Virus record (IMG/VR): IMGVR_UViG_3300033064_004648
Location: 1-64,000 of that record
From: an uncultured virus (IMG/VR IMGVR_UViG_3300033064_004648)
Lineage: Duplodnaviria; Heunggongvirae; Uroviricota; Caudoviricetes
Reading direction: 5' to 3' (one strand)
DNA length: 64,000 nt
The position numbers were made by a program, and so were the translations under genes. How positions within the stretch are numbered: the first letter of the stretch is position 1; each line of letters starts with the position of its first letter. Shown here in pieces: positions 29,339-38,964 of this stretch. Below the pieces are notes generated by a model. That model ran no database searches. It was not told the origin of the DNA and saw only the letters and a program-made list of their open reading frames with translations.

Positions 29339-30082
29339 TTGGGTAAATTTATAGATTTAACTGGACGAAGGTTTGGCAGATTAATTGTTATTAAGGTAGC
29401 AGATAGCAATAAATATGGAAAATACAAGTGGCTTTGCAAATGTAATTGCGGAAATGAGAAAGTTGTTAGAGGCGGCGATTTGCGTAGCGGAGATACACAA
29501 TCTTGCGGATGTTTGCAAAAAGAAGTTCCTCCCTATAATTTTATCGACTTAGCTGGACAAAGTTTTGGAAAACTTGTTGTTATCGAAAGAGCAGAGAATA
29601 AAGGTAAAACTGTCCGATGGTTGTGTAAATGTGATTGTGGCAATGAAACGATTGTTGCTAGAGGTTCTTTGCGCGGGGGGGATACAAAATCTTGTGGATG
29701 TTTACGGCACGAAGGTCTTCCAGAAGGGGAGGCATCCTTCAATAAACTTTATGGAAGCTATAAACGAAAAGCAGAAGATAGAGGTTATGACTTTAAAATA
29801 GATAAAAAATTATTTTCAAAACTAACTAAGGAAAATTGTTTCTATTGCAACACAAAGCCAGCAACTATTTTAAAAAATAAACACAATAAAGGAAACTATA
29901 TTTATAACGGAATAGATAGAGTCGATAATAAAATAGGATATGAAATAGGAAATATTGTTACTTGTTGTGAAACTTGTAATCGTGCTAAATTAGTGATGTC
30001 TAAACAAGAGTTTTTATCTTGGGTTGAAAAAGTTTATAATCATTCTATAAAGAATAAAAAGGAGACAAATGATAGAAAATAA
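29339..30082 (+). CDS. HNH endonuclease
   Basis: Cys-rich repeats; NGIDRVDN..GY...N.V.CC..CN. Confidence 0.85.
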   Translation: MGKFIDLTGRRFGRLIVIKVADSNKYGKYKWLCKCNCGNEKVVRGGDLRSGDTQSCGCLQKEVPPYNFIDLAGQSFGKLVVIERAENKGKTVRWLCKCDCGNETIVARGSLRGGDTKSCGCLRHEGLPEGEASFNKLYGSYKRKAEDRGYDFKIDKKLFSKLTKENCFYCNTKPATILKNKHNKGNYIYNGIDRVDNKIGYEIGNIVTCCETCNRAKLVMSKQEFLSWVEKVYNHSIKNKKETNDRK

Positions 30083-30452
30083 AGAGCAGTTAGACAAGGC
30101 ATATAAAAAGGCATTAATAGAATCGTTGGGTACAGATAAAGATAGGGTTATGATTGATTTGCGTTTAGATGAGGATATGCACTGCTATGGCGTATTTATT
30201 ACTACGTGGAATACCGATATAAACATTCTTTTTAATACAGCAAATTTTAAAAGAGATTTTAATAATGCACTTAGAGAAGCAACAAAATTAATGGACAATG
30301 GAGATTATGAAAAAAAGGGACATCCAATGTCTTATAATTCTTTTAGTTATGGAATATTTTTAAGTTCTAATTTTGATGATTATATGTCTAAAGAGGATAA
30401 CCCTCTTGCTATAATCAGAGACGCTGGCGGAGAAATAGCAGGAGTAGAGTAA
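30069..30452 (+). CDS. Hypothetical protein
   Basis: AAGGAG RBS. Confidence 0.65.
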   Translation: MIENKEQLDKAYKKALIESLGTDKDRVMIDLRLDEDMHCYGVFITTWNTDINILFNTANFKRDFNNALREATKLMDNGDYEKKGHPMSYNSFSYGIFLSSNFDDYMSKEDNPLAIIRDAGGEIAGVE

Positions 30453-30491
30453 TACAATAAAAGGATAGTTTTATGTGGTTTAGGAGAAAAT

Positions 30492-31241
30492 TTGGGTAAA
30501 TTTATTGATATAGCTGGACAACGGTTTGGAAGATTAACTGTTATTAAAAGAGCAGAAAGACCTGAACATATAAAAAATGGCACTTATTGGTTGTGTAAGT
30601 GTGATTGTGGAAATGAGAAAGTAGTTAGAGGGTCGCACTTGAAAGATGGAACTACACAATCTTGTAGATGTATGTTAGGAGAAAATTGGAGAAACAGAAT
30701 CATAGATTTAACTGGGAAAAAGTTTAATAAATTGACAGTTGTTTCTCTTCACGAAAAGAGAAAACAGAAACGAAGTAGTTCAACAAAACTTTATTGGCTT
30801 TGTAAATGTGACTGTGGAAATACAACTATATTATGTGGAGATGAAATTAAAAGCATGAATACAAAATCATGCGGGTGTTCTAGATATATTGGGAAAGGAA
30901 GAGCAACCTTAGAAAACACAATCATTGCTGCAACAAAACATGGCGCCAAAGCAAGAAATTTAGACTATGCACTAGAGGATAGTTTAGCTCGATTTATTAT
31001 AAACCAGTCTTGTTTTTATTGCGGGGGTTTAGACTTAAGAATAAACAGAAGTAAAAAATCTAAACCAAAATATCGTATAAACGGTATAGACCGAATAGAT
31101 TCATCTAAAGGATATGAGATAGATAATGTTGTTCCTTGTTGCAAAATTTGCAACTATATAAAAATGGATATGGGACTAAAGGAATTTTTAGAACAAATAG
31201 AAAAAATTTATAATCATTCAATAAAAAATAAGGAGAAATAA
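30492..31241 (+). CDS. HNH endonuclease (paralogue of 29339)
   Basis: Same architecture; near-identical 5' and 3' DNA. Confidence 0.85.
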   Translation: MGKFIDIAGQRFGRLTVIKRAERPEHIKNGTYWLCKCDCGNEKVVRGSHLKDGTTQSCRCMLGENWRNRIIDLTGKKFNKLTVVSLHEKRKQKRSSSTKLYWLCKCDCGNTTILCGDEIKSMNTKSCGCSRYIGKGRATLENTIIAATKHGAKARNLDYALEDSLARFIINQSCFYCGGLDLRINRSKKSKPKYRINGIDRIDSSKGYEIDNVVPCCKICNYIKMDMGLKEFLEQIEKIYNHSIKNKEK

Positions 31242-31426
31242 TGGGATGGGACGATGATGTAAGCATGGAAGGACAGTATTATGTAGATACAATAATACAA
31301 CTTTTTATGGATGGTGGACTAAGAAGGTTGCCAACTAGAGAGGAAATAATAGAATCTATTGCCAGTGTTGTTCCAGAAGACATTGAGGAATATGTGCTAA
31401 ATGGTGGGTATGCAAAAACGAAATGA
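31241..31426 (+). CDS. Hypothetical protein
   Basis: AAGGAG RBS. Confidence 0.55.
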   Translation: MGWDDDVSMEGQYYVDTIIQLFMDGGLRRLPTREEIIESIASVVPEDIEEYVLNGGYAKTK

Positions 31427-31493
31427 TAGTTAAAAAGTTTTATAATCATTCAATAAAAACCATATAAAAAGATAATTTTATATGGTTTTCTAC

Positions 31494-31522
31494 TTGACAA
31501 AAATGATTAAGTATGATATAAA
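31494..31522 (+). promoter_or_regulatory. sigma70-type promoter
   Basis: TTGACA-17-TATAAA with TG. Confidence 0.7.
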
Positions 31523-31553
31523 TATATCAACCCTAAAAGAAAGGATGCCAGTT

Positions 31554-31649
31554 ATGTTGAAAGATATATGGTTCTATATCTATGAAACCGACACTGATAA
31601 TGTAGATGCAGGTTTTGATATGGATCCTCCTTGTGAAGATGGAACATAA
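31554..31649 (+). CDS. 31-aa acidic peptide A
   Basis: AAAGGA RBS; MLKDIWFYIYETDTDNVDAGFDMDPPCEDGT. Confidence 0.5.
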   Translation: MLKDIWFYIYETDTDNVDAGFDMDPPCEDGT

Positions 31650-31697
31650 AATAAAATAGATTAAGAATAAAAAATATAAAAAGAAAGGAGACTAGAT

Positions 31698-31793
31698 ATG
31701 TTGTTAGAAGTACAATTCGGCCAATATGACGACAAAGCAGATCCTGATGATGACGAATCATCAACATGTTCGGAAGATTTTGACCCTAAATAA
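31698..31793 (+). CDS. 31-aa acidic peptide B
   Basis: AAAGGAG RBS; MLLEVQFGQYDDKADPDDDESSTCSEDFDPK. Confidence 0.55.
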   Translation: MLLEVQFGQYDDKADPDDDESSTCSEDFDPK

Positions 31794-31805
31794 TTAGTTT
31801 TGACA

Positions 31806-31844
31806 CCTATAGAGATCACAATAATCATTAGTGATCTCTATAGG
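31806..31844. terminator. Perfect 14-bp hairpin (terminator or processing site)
   Basis: CCTATAGAGATCAC-11nt-GTGATCTCTATAGG; no clear U-tract. Confidence 0.45.
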
Positions 31845-31861
31845 GTGTATAAGGAAAAATA

Positions 31862-32605
31862 ATGAGAGCAGAAAGTTCTTTTGGAAGACAAAAATATAAT
31901 CTATTCAGAAATTTAGATACTGCAACAATAATGGTAATGAGGGAATCCAATGCTATAATTGCAGGTGGTGCAGTAAGATCTGTTTTTGCTGGCGAACATA
32001 TATCTGACTATGATCTTTATTTTGATAGTGAAAAAGACTTGCGAATTATGCAGGAATATTTAGATGAAAATTTTAAAAAAGTTTTTACTTCTCCAAACGC
32101 TATATCATATAAAAAAGATAAAATATGTATTCAATTAATAATTATGCCAGAACTTATAGGATTAGGTTGTGATAAACTATTAGAAGGATTTGATTTCACA
32201 ATTTGTATGGGCGCATTTAGTATGAAGGAAGACAGATTTTATCATAATGAAGATTTCTTAATAGACTTAAGCGAAAAAAGACTTGTGTTTAACATTAAGG
32301 CAAAATATCCTATGGCATCCATGTATCGTGTTTTAAAATATATAAAGAAGGGCTATAAGATATCTGGTTTAGAGATAGTGAAAATTAGTCTATCAATACA
32401 TAATTTAAAAATGAACAGCTATAAAGATCTTCGAAAACAATTAATGGGAATCGATACTCTTTTTCTAAAAGAACTTACAGACAGTCTATTATCAAAAGAC
32501 AAAGATGATTTAGAGTATGATTTTGATGATTTTATGGATATTTTTAATGGTTATTGTTATGATCAAATAAATGTGGCTTGGGGTACACATGACGAAATCA
32601 TTTAA
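31862..32605 (+). CDS. Nucleotidyltransferase (poly(A) polymerase/CCA head-like)
   Basis: IAGGAVRS..D.D.YF; FDFT.C; R..KY..KGY. Confidence 0.75.
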   Translation: MRAESSFGRQKYNLFRNLDTATIMVMRESNAIIAGGAVRSVFAGEHISDYDLYFDSEKDLRIMQEYLDENFKKVFTSPNAISYKKDKICIQLIIMPELIGLGCDKLLEGFDFTICMGAFSMKEDRFYHNEDFLIDLSEKRLVFNIKAKYPMASMYRVLKYIKKGYKISGLEIVKISLSIHNLKMNSYKDLRKQLMGIDTLFLKELTDSLLSKDKDDLEYDFDDFMDIFNGYCYDQINVAWGTHDEII

Positions 32606-33512
32606 TCCAGAAAACTATAGAATCTTTGAATGTTTGACGGGGAGTATTCTATATGGTACAAACACGCCAGAGTCAGACGAAGATTTTCGCGGAATTTGTC
32701 TTCCGCCCATGGAAGTACTTTTAGATCCTTTCGTGAATTTCGAACAGAAAAATTCTGGTTTTAAAGAAGAAGATAGAACCATTTATGATCTTGGTAAATT
32801 TATGAAATTATGCGCAGGTGGAAATCCAAATATTTTGGAGCTTTTGTTTTGTCCAGAATCAAATATAGTTTATAAAACTTCCGCATGGGATAGAATAGTC
32901 GAAAATAAAAACTTATTTTTAAGTAAAAAAGTTAAATATACGTTCAGCGGTTATTCATTTTCACAATTGCAAAAAATAAAAAATCATAGGAAATGGTTCA
33001 TAGATCCACCAAAAGATAAACCTCATAGAAAAGATTTTGGTCTTACAGATAAACCAATTGTGTCTGGAATGAATTTAGAAAATTCTTTAAATATGCCAAT
33101 GGAATTATTTAAGGAAAAATATGTTGATGAACTAAAAAGAGAAAGAGAATATAGGAACGAAAAAAAGAAATGGGATAATTATGTTTCATGGCGCGACAAT
33201 AGAAATCCTCAACGAAAAGAATTAGAAGATAAATATTCCTATGACGCAAAACATGCATCACATCTTGTTCGATTGATGACAGAAGGTAAAGAGTTACTTT
33301 TAGATCAGACAATAACATTTCCACTTAAAAATGCTGAAGAGATTCGTGCTATAAAAAATGGAAAATATACTTACGAAGAAATTATTGAAATGGCAGAAAC
33401 ATTTGACAAAGAATTCGAAGTGTGGTATGATTTATCAACGTTGCCAAATAGTCCTGATAAGAAGGGATTGAAAAAATTATATTTGGAAATAGTAGAAGAA
33501 TATGCAAAATAA
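32589..33512 (+). CDS. Pol-beta superfamily nucleotidyltransferase (RlaP-like, RNA-repair associated)
   Basis: GS.LYGTNTPESD.DFRGI, NPN.LELL, YD.KHA.HLVRL. Confidence 0.8.
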   Translation: MTKSFNPENYRIFECLTGSILYGTNTPESDEDFRGICLPPMEVLLDPFVNFEQKNSGFKEEDRTIYDLGKFMKLCAGGNPNILELLFCPESNIVYKTSAWDRIVENKNLFLSKKVKYTFSGYSFSQLQKIKNHRKWFIDPPKDKPHRKDFGLTDKPIVSGMNLENSLNMPMELFKEKYVDELKREREYRNEKKKWDNYVSWRDNRNPQRKELEDKYSYDAKHASHLVRLMTEGKELLLDQTITFPLKNAEEIRAIKNGKYTYEEIIEMAETFDKEFEVWYDLSTLPNSPDKKGLKKLYLEIVEEYAK

Positions 33513-34104
33513 AAAAGAATTAACTGGACAAAGATTTGGCAAATTAATGGTTGTTGGCCCGTCTGAATTACGCAGTAAGAGCGGATCAATTCAATGGGAA
33601 TGCCAATGTGATTGCGGGACAAAAAAATTGTATTCGTCTTACCAATTATTAAGACGAAGTGTTGTTTCATGTGGTTGCTGGCGAAAAGAAAGATTAACAA
33701 CACATGGTAAAAAACACACGAGAATTTACGGTATTTGGGGGAATATGAAAAATCGTTGTTGTAATAAAAATAATCCGCAGTATAAAGATTATGGTGGAAG
33801 AAAAATTTATGTATGCGGAGAATGGCAAAACAGTTTTGAAACTTTTTATGATTGGAGTATGGAAAATGGTTATGCCGATAATTTATGTATTGATAGAATT
33901 GATAATAATGATAGCTATAGCCCCGATAATTGCAGATGGACAAATAATTATGTGCAGGCAAATAATAAAAGAAATACAGTTTTTGTCACAATAAATGGAG
34001 AAACGCATTCATTACACGAATGGTGTATAATAAAAAATAAGAATTATGGCACAGTATATAGCAGGCATTGGCGAGGGTGGAGTGATGATAAATTATTTAA
34101 TTAA
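33502..34104 (+). CDS. HNH endonuclease
   Basis: MK.RC..Y.DYGGR.I.VC.EW; IDRIDN...YSP.NCRW. Confidence 0.85.
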   Translation: MQNKKELTGQRFGKLMVVGPSELRSKSGSIQWECQCDCGTKKLYSSYQLLRRSVVSCGCWRKERLTTHGKKHTRIYGIWGNMKNRCCNKNNPQYKDYGGRKIYVCGEWQNSFETFYDWSMENGYADNLCIDRIDNNDSYSPDNCRWTNNYVQANNKRNTVFVTINGETHSLHEWCIIKNKNYGTVYSRHWRGWSDDKLFN

Positions 34105-35428
34105 ATTGCATCCAAATGTAAAAAAAATATTAAATATTTTATATAAAAATAATTTTAAAGGATATATAGTTGGAGGCGCGATCCGCGACGGCCTATTAAG
34201 AAGACGTCCTGCCGATTATGATATCTGCACCAATGCCCTTCCTGAAGATGTTATAAGGATGTTCTCTAAATATACTGTTGTACCAACTGGGTTGAAACAC
34301 GGAACTGTTTCTATAATAATTGAAGGATGTACATATGAAGTTAGCACATTTAGATCAGACGGTGATTATTCGGATAATCGTCATCCAGATAGCGTAAACT
34401 TTATTGAAGACATAGAGGAAGATTTGTCACGCAGAGATTTTACCATCAATGCTATGGCGTACAATGAAAAAGAAGGGTTGATAGATCCTTATGGCGGACA
34501 GATTGACTTAAAAAATAAAATAATAAACTGCGTCGGCGATCCAAATCTAAGAATTCAAGAAGACGCTCTTAGAATGTTAAGGGCGATTAGGTTTGCTTCA
34601 CAACTTGGATTTAAGATTGGTGATGTTTGGTTTTCAATAAAAGAAAATAAGAATCTTATTTCTAATGTATCTGCAGAAAGAATTAGAGATGAATTAAATA
34701 AAATTTTGTTATCCGATAATTCAGAAATGATTGCGAAGTTATATCTTGTAGGACTATTAGATATTATTCTTCCTGAATTATCTGCGTGTTTTGGCGTTGA
34801 TCAAAAAAATAAAAATCATATTTATGATGTGGGTGAACATATAATTAATACAATTAAATATACACCCAACAATTTAATTTTAAGATTGTCTGCAATGTTG
34901 CACGATATAGGAAAGCCCAGAACAATGACTGTTGGACCAGATGGCGTTGGGCATTTTTATAGACATGAAGATGTGTCATGCGATATGGCTAGAGAAATTT
35001 TACAAAGACTAAAGTATGATAATCATACAATTGAAGAAGTTTGTTTGTTGGTAAGAACTCACATGAATTCTATTCCTGCCACTAAAAGAACCGTCAGAAG
35101 ATTGCTAAGTCAGATTGGCAAAGAAAGAATGATGACTTGGTGTGCATTAAAAGATGCAGATGCGAAAGCACGAAAAGAATCTAAGTATCTTTCTATGAAA
35201 AGCAAAATAGATCGAGCCATTGAATTATATAATCAAGTTATAGCCGAAGACGAATGTTTTAGTTTAAAAGATCTTGCCATAAATGGCGATGACTTAAAAA
35301 ATATTGGCTATGAAGAAGGCAAAGAAATTGGGAAAGTTTTAAAATCTTGTTTAAAAATGGTTATAGAAGATGCCGAGAAAAATAATAAAGAATATTTATT
35401 AGAGTATGTAAACCAGATAAAACGCTGA
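34085..35428 (+). CDS. cca: CCA-adding tRNA nucleotidyltransferase with HD domain
   Basis: VGGAIRD..DYD, DLSRRDFTINA, EDALRMLRA.RF, ERI..E, LHDIGK. Confidence 0.9.
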   Translation: MINYLIKLHPNVKKILNILYKNNFKGYIVGGAIRDGLLRRRPADYDICTNALPEDVIRMFSKYTVVPTGLKHGTVSIIIEGCTYEVSTFRSDGDYSDNRHPDSVNFIEDIEEDLSRRDFTINAMAYNEKEGLIDPYGGQIDLKNKIINCVGDPNLRIQEDALRMLRAIRFASQLGFKIGDVWFSIKENKNLISNVSAERIRDELNKILLSDNSEMIAKLYLVGLLDIILPELSACFGVDQKNKNHIYDVGEHIINTIKYTPNNLILRLSAMLHDIGKPRTMTVGPDGVGHFYRHEDVSCDMAREILQRLKYDNHTIEEVCLLVRTHMNSIPATKRTVRRLLSQIGKERMMTWCALKDADAKARKESKYLSMKSKIDRAIELYNQVIAEDECFSLKDLAINGDDLKNIGYEEGKEIGKVLKSCLKMVIEDAEKNNKEYLLEYVNQIKR

Positions 35429-35445
35429 TTTTATGTGGTTTTTGC

Positions 35446-35474
35446 TTGACAAATAAGGAATAATGTGATACTAT
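35446..35474 (+). promoter_or_regulatory. sigma70-type promoter of the MTase/nuclease pair
   Basis: TTGACA-17-TACTAT with TG. Confidence 0.7.
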
Positions 35475-35497
35475 TTATTAACTTAAAAGGAAAATAA

Positions 35498-36439
35498 ATG
35501 ACAAATAAATCTAAAAATAAAAATCTAGGAAAAGCAAGAAACTCTAAAAATAACGAGTTCTATACCCAACTAACCGATATAGAAAAAGAATTAGGCCACT
35601 ATAAAAAATATTTCAAAGGCAAAACTGTATTTTGCAATTGTGATGACCCACAAGAAAGCGATTTTTGGAAATATTTTTCACTAAATTTTGAATTTCTTGG
35701 ATTAAAGAAATTAATTTCTACTCATTTTGAAAAGGCGCAGCCTTCATATAAATTAGAAATCGTAAGAGACATTAATGATGATGGAAAAATCAATAATCTT
35801 GATACAATCAAAACTCCTCTAAAACAAAACGGAGATTTTAGAAGCCCTGAATGTATTGAAATTTTGAAAGAAGCTGATATTGTAGTTACCAATCCGCCAT
35901 TCAGTTTATTTAGGGAATATGTTGCTCAATTAGTGGAATACGATAAAAATTTTATAATTATAGGGAATCAAAATGCCATAACCTATAAGGAGATTTTCAA
36001 ACTTATAAAAGAAAATAAAATATGGCTGGGACATACTTCTCCAAAAAAATTTTTACAGCCCGATGGATCAATTAAAACTTTTGGCAATATTTCATGGTAT
36101 ACAAATCTTGAAACTCAGAAAAGACATGAAGATTTAATTCTCTATAAAAAATATTATGGTTTTGAAGATGAATATCCCAAGTACGATAATTATGATGCCA
36201 TCAATTTAGATAAAGTAAAAAATATACCTATGGATTATGATGGTGCCATGGGTGTTCCAATTACATTTTTGTGTAAATACAATCCTGAGCAGTTTGAAAT
36301 AATGAGTTCCAACAATATAAGGGTGAATGACAAACTACCTTTTAAAGAACATGGGCTTATCAAAGACAAAGACGGCACAATTAATGGTAAGGCTACTTAT
36401 GTCCGAATCGTAATTAAAAACCGAAAGGTATCAAAATAA
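35498..36439 (+). CDS. Adenine-specific DNA methyltransferase, EcoRI-like family
   Basis: EFYT..DIE.EL, CNCDDP, GDFRS.EC, TNPPFSLFREY, MGVPITF. Confidence 0.9.
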   Translation: MTNKSKNKNLGKARNSKNNEFYTQLTDIEKELGHYKKYFKGKTVFCNCDDPQESDFWKYFSLNFEFLGLKKLISTHFEKAQPSYKLEIVRDINDDGKINNLDTIKTPLKQNGDFRSPECIEILKEADIVVTNPPFSLFREYVAQLVEYDKNFIIIGNQNAITYKEIFKLIKENKIWLGHTSPKKFLQPDGSIKTFGNISWYTNLETQKRHEDLILYKKYYGFEDEYPKYDNYDAINLDKVKNIPMDYDGAMGVPITFLCKYNPEQFEIMSSNNIRVNDKLPFKEHGLIKDKDGTINGKATYVRIVIKNRKVSK

Positions 36440-37521
36440 TGGAAATAAACTTAAAAGAAATACCAATCAGAGAAGTTGCTAAAGGTTATTCAAACAATCA
36501 AATTGAAGGCGTTTTTGGCTATGGTGGCAAGCTCAATATTCGACCAAAATATCAACGAGAGTTTGTTTATAAAGATAAACAAAGAGATGCTGTTGTTGAA
36601 ACAATAAGAGAAGATTTCCCTTTAAATGTAATGTATTGGGCTAAAAATGAAGACGGAACATTTGGAGTAATGGATGGACAACAACGAACTATAAGCGTTT
36701 GTGAATATATAGATGGTAAATTCGCTCTCAACTATCAATATTTTCATAATCTTGAAAAGAAAGAGCAAGAACAAATTCTTGACTATAAACTTATGGTTTA
36801 TTTCTGCGAAGGAGAACCAAAAGAGAAATTAGAATGGTTCAAAATCATAAATATCGCTGGAGAGAAATTGTTTGATCAAGAATTAAGAAATGCAGTCTAT
36901 ACAGGAACATGGCTATCTAGCGCGAAACGACATTTTAGTAAACCTAACTGTGCTGCAAAAGATATAGGGAAAGATTATTTAATTGGTTCGGCAATTCGCC
37001 AAAGTTATTTAGAAACAGCGATTGATTGGATAAGCGACGGCAATATTAAAGAATATATGGCAACCAACCAGCATAAACCAAATGCTAACGAATTGTGGCT
37101 CTATTTTCAAAGCGTAATTAATTGGATAAAGATGGTATTCCCTGAATATCGTAAAGAAATGAAGGGTGTGCCTTATGGCTTCTTATATAATGAATTCAAA
37201 GACAATGAATTTGATTCAAATAAAATAGAAGAAGAAATAAGCAAATTAATGCGAGATGAAGATGTAACAAAAAAGAGTGGTATTTACTCGTATGTTTTAA
37301 CTCAAAAAGAGAAATACCTAAATATTCGTGCTTTTAGTGATAGTCAAAAACGAGAAACATACGAAAGACAAAAAGGAACTTGTATTAAGTGCGGCAAACA
37401 TTTTGAATTAGATGAAATGGAAGCTGATCATATTGATCCTTGGAATAAAGGCGGAAAAACAATTGCAAAAAATTGCCAAATGTTATGTAAAGAAGACAAT
37501 CGAAGAAAATCTGGAAAATAA
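36439..37521 (+). CDS. DUF262 + C-terminal HNH nuclease (putative cognate restriction endonuclease)
   Basis: RP.YQREFVY, DGQQRT, IN..G; C..C..MEADH..PW..GG.T...N.QMLC. Confidence 0.85.
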   Translation: MEINLKEIPIREVAKGYSNNQIEGVFGYGGKLNIRPKYQREFVYKDKQRDAVVETIREDFPLNVMYWAKNEDGTFGVMDGQQRTISVCEYIDGKFALNYQYFHNLEKKEQEQILDYKLMVYFCEGEPKEKLEWFKIINIAGEKLFDQELRNAVYTGTWLSSAKRHFSKPNCAAKDIGKDYLIGSAIRQSYLETAIDWISDGNIKEYMATNQHKPNANELWLYFQSVINWIKMVFPEYRKEMKGVPYGFLYNEFKDNEFDSNKIEEEISKLMRDEDVTKKSGIYSYVLTQKEKYLNIRAFSDSQKRETYERQKGTCIKCGKHFELDEMEADHIDPWNKGGKTIAKNCQMLCKEDNRRKSGK

Positions 37522-37557
37522 AAACCACATAAAATGTTGATTTTATAGGAGATTATA

Positions 37558-37761
37558 ATGGATGAATTATTTGTAGTGCGACTTTATGATGGGTTTGATA
37601 ACTTGTGGATGGATGTTTCAGAGCCAGTCAATAAAGTTGAAGCAGAAAAAATTTTGAATGAAAAAACGAAGGATGGAACAAAAAATACTAAATATGCAGA
37701 CATTGATTATTATTGTATTTTTCCCGCCGATACAAAGATGATGTTTTCGGTACCAAGATAA
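37558..37761 (+). CDS. Hypothetical protein
   Basis: AGGAG RBS after a site. Confidence 0.6.
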   Translation: MDELFVVRLYDGFDNLWMDVSEPVNKVEAEKILNEKTKDGTKNTKYADIDYYCIFPADTKMMFSVPR

Positions 37762-37834
37762 TATATAATAAAGTATATATTATGGCATATCTTTGGGCTT
37801 AATATAACAAAAGGTATATATTATCGAGAGACAA

Positions 37835-37917
37835 GGATGCGATGCCCGACTGGAAGGGCGTCGGACTGTAACTCCGGTATTCGATTGAGTATGTGAGTTC
37901 GAACCTCACCGCATCCA
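37835..37917 (+). tRNA. tRNA-Tyr(GTA), no encoded CCA
   Basis: Acceptor GGATGCG/CGCATCC, anticodon loop CTGTAAC, long variable arm, TTCGAAC T-loop. Confidence 0.9.
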
Positions 37918-37918
37918 C

Positions 37919-37947
37919 TTGACAAAAATTAGATTGTGTGGTATAAA
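37919..37947 (+). promoter_or_regulatory. sigma70-type promoter upstream of non-coding RNAs
   Basis: TTGACA-17-TATAAA with TG. Confidence 0.7.
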
Positions 37948-38041
37948 TATACAGAACATTAACAAAGCGAATACTGGTCAAATTTCTTGGTAATTGGCAA
38001 ATGGGTGAAATAATACATCCACAGTCAACCAGTTTAGCAAA

Positions 38042-38140
38042 TGATTGAGGTGTGACCTATTGTAATTGCAAGAATATCGGTTGGGCTTAGAGCGATAAAG
38101 GCTTGTCTGGTCTGAAAACTACTGAACCGAACCTCAATCA
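38042..38140 (+). ncRNA. Putative structured ncRNA
   Basis: 10-bp closing stem TGATTGAGGT/ACCTCAATCA, inner TCGGTT/AACCGA; GC-richer non-coding stretch. Confidence 0.45.
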
Positions 38141-38145
38141 AACAT

Positions 38146-38252
38146 GGGCAGGCGGTGTGGCAGGGAACACACAAATAAAGTACTTCTGTTACTCGGCAAA
38201 CAATTTGCTCGGTCTCAATACAGACGATCAGGTTCGAATCCTGACCTACCCA
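38146..38252 (+). ncRNA. tRNA-like RNA with elongated anticodon arm and long variable arm
   Basis: Acceptor GGGCAGG/CCTACCC (1 mismatch), D stem GTGT/ACAC, T arm TCAGG-TTCGAAT-CCTGA, CAAAT/ATTTG enclosing 26 nt. Confidence 0.65.
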
Positions 38253-38272
38253 ATAATAAAAGGAGAAACAGA

Positions 38273-38551
38273 ATGAGTGAAATTGAAACGAGATACGAAA
38301 TAAATAATAAGTATGGAACCATCTGTTTGGATACTGAAGATGATTCTTTTATTAATTATACAGGATGGGCTAAATATGATGCATTTTTAGAAGAATTATT
38401 ATTGACCGATGAAGTCCTAGCACTAAAGCTTAAGAATAAATATATAGAAGAACAGAGAGAAATAAATCCATATATGCGAGGATATATTCCAGAAATTGAT
38501 GAAGAAAATGGAATACGGGCAAGCTATAAAAGATGGTTGGCTGAACAATAA
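38273..38551 (+). CDS. Hypothetical protein
   Basis: AAGGAG RBS; the track's upstream extension overlaps the tRNA-like RNA. Confidence 0.65.
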   Translation: MSEIETRYEINNKYGTICLDTEDDSFINYTGWAKYDAFLEELLLTDEVLALKLKNKYIEEQREINPYMRGYIPEIDEENGIRASYKRWLAEQ

Positions 38552-38770
38552 GCAAAAACCACATAAAACAATTATTTTATTGTATTTGAGAGATTGCTTA
38601 AAAGGAGATGAGATGAGCACACTACTATGTTTATTAGGAATTCATAAATGGGAATATTATTATACCGATCTGTTTATGCCAACCGATAAGTATTGTGTGA
38701 GGTGTTTAAAAACACAACACATAAGAGATTCTACAAATTTAGAAAGACAGATTTGTAAGGATCGTATATC

Positions 38771-38962
38771 ATGATTGACAAATCAAAACAAATATATTCA
38801 TGGCATTGTTTCGATGATATAGATGTAAATTGTTCTTGTGGAAAGGCTACGCACGCCGGTGATTATGATGATGAATCGGATTCATATCAATTTCAATGTG
38901 AAAATTGTGGTCAGCGTTGGGTTGTAATTGTTCAAGTTATTCCAGTCAAAGAAAATGATTAA
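38771..38962 (+). CDS. Zn-ribbon protein
   Basis: CSCG ... CENCG. Confidence 0.55.
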   Translation: MIDKSKQIYSWHCFDDIDVNCSCGKATHAGDYDDESDSYQFQCENCGQRWVVIVQVIPVKEND

Positions 38963-38964
38963 TT

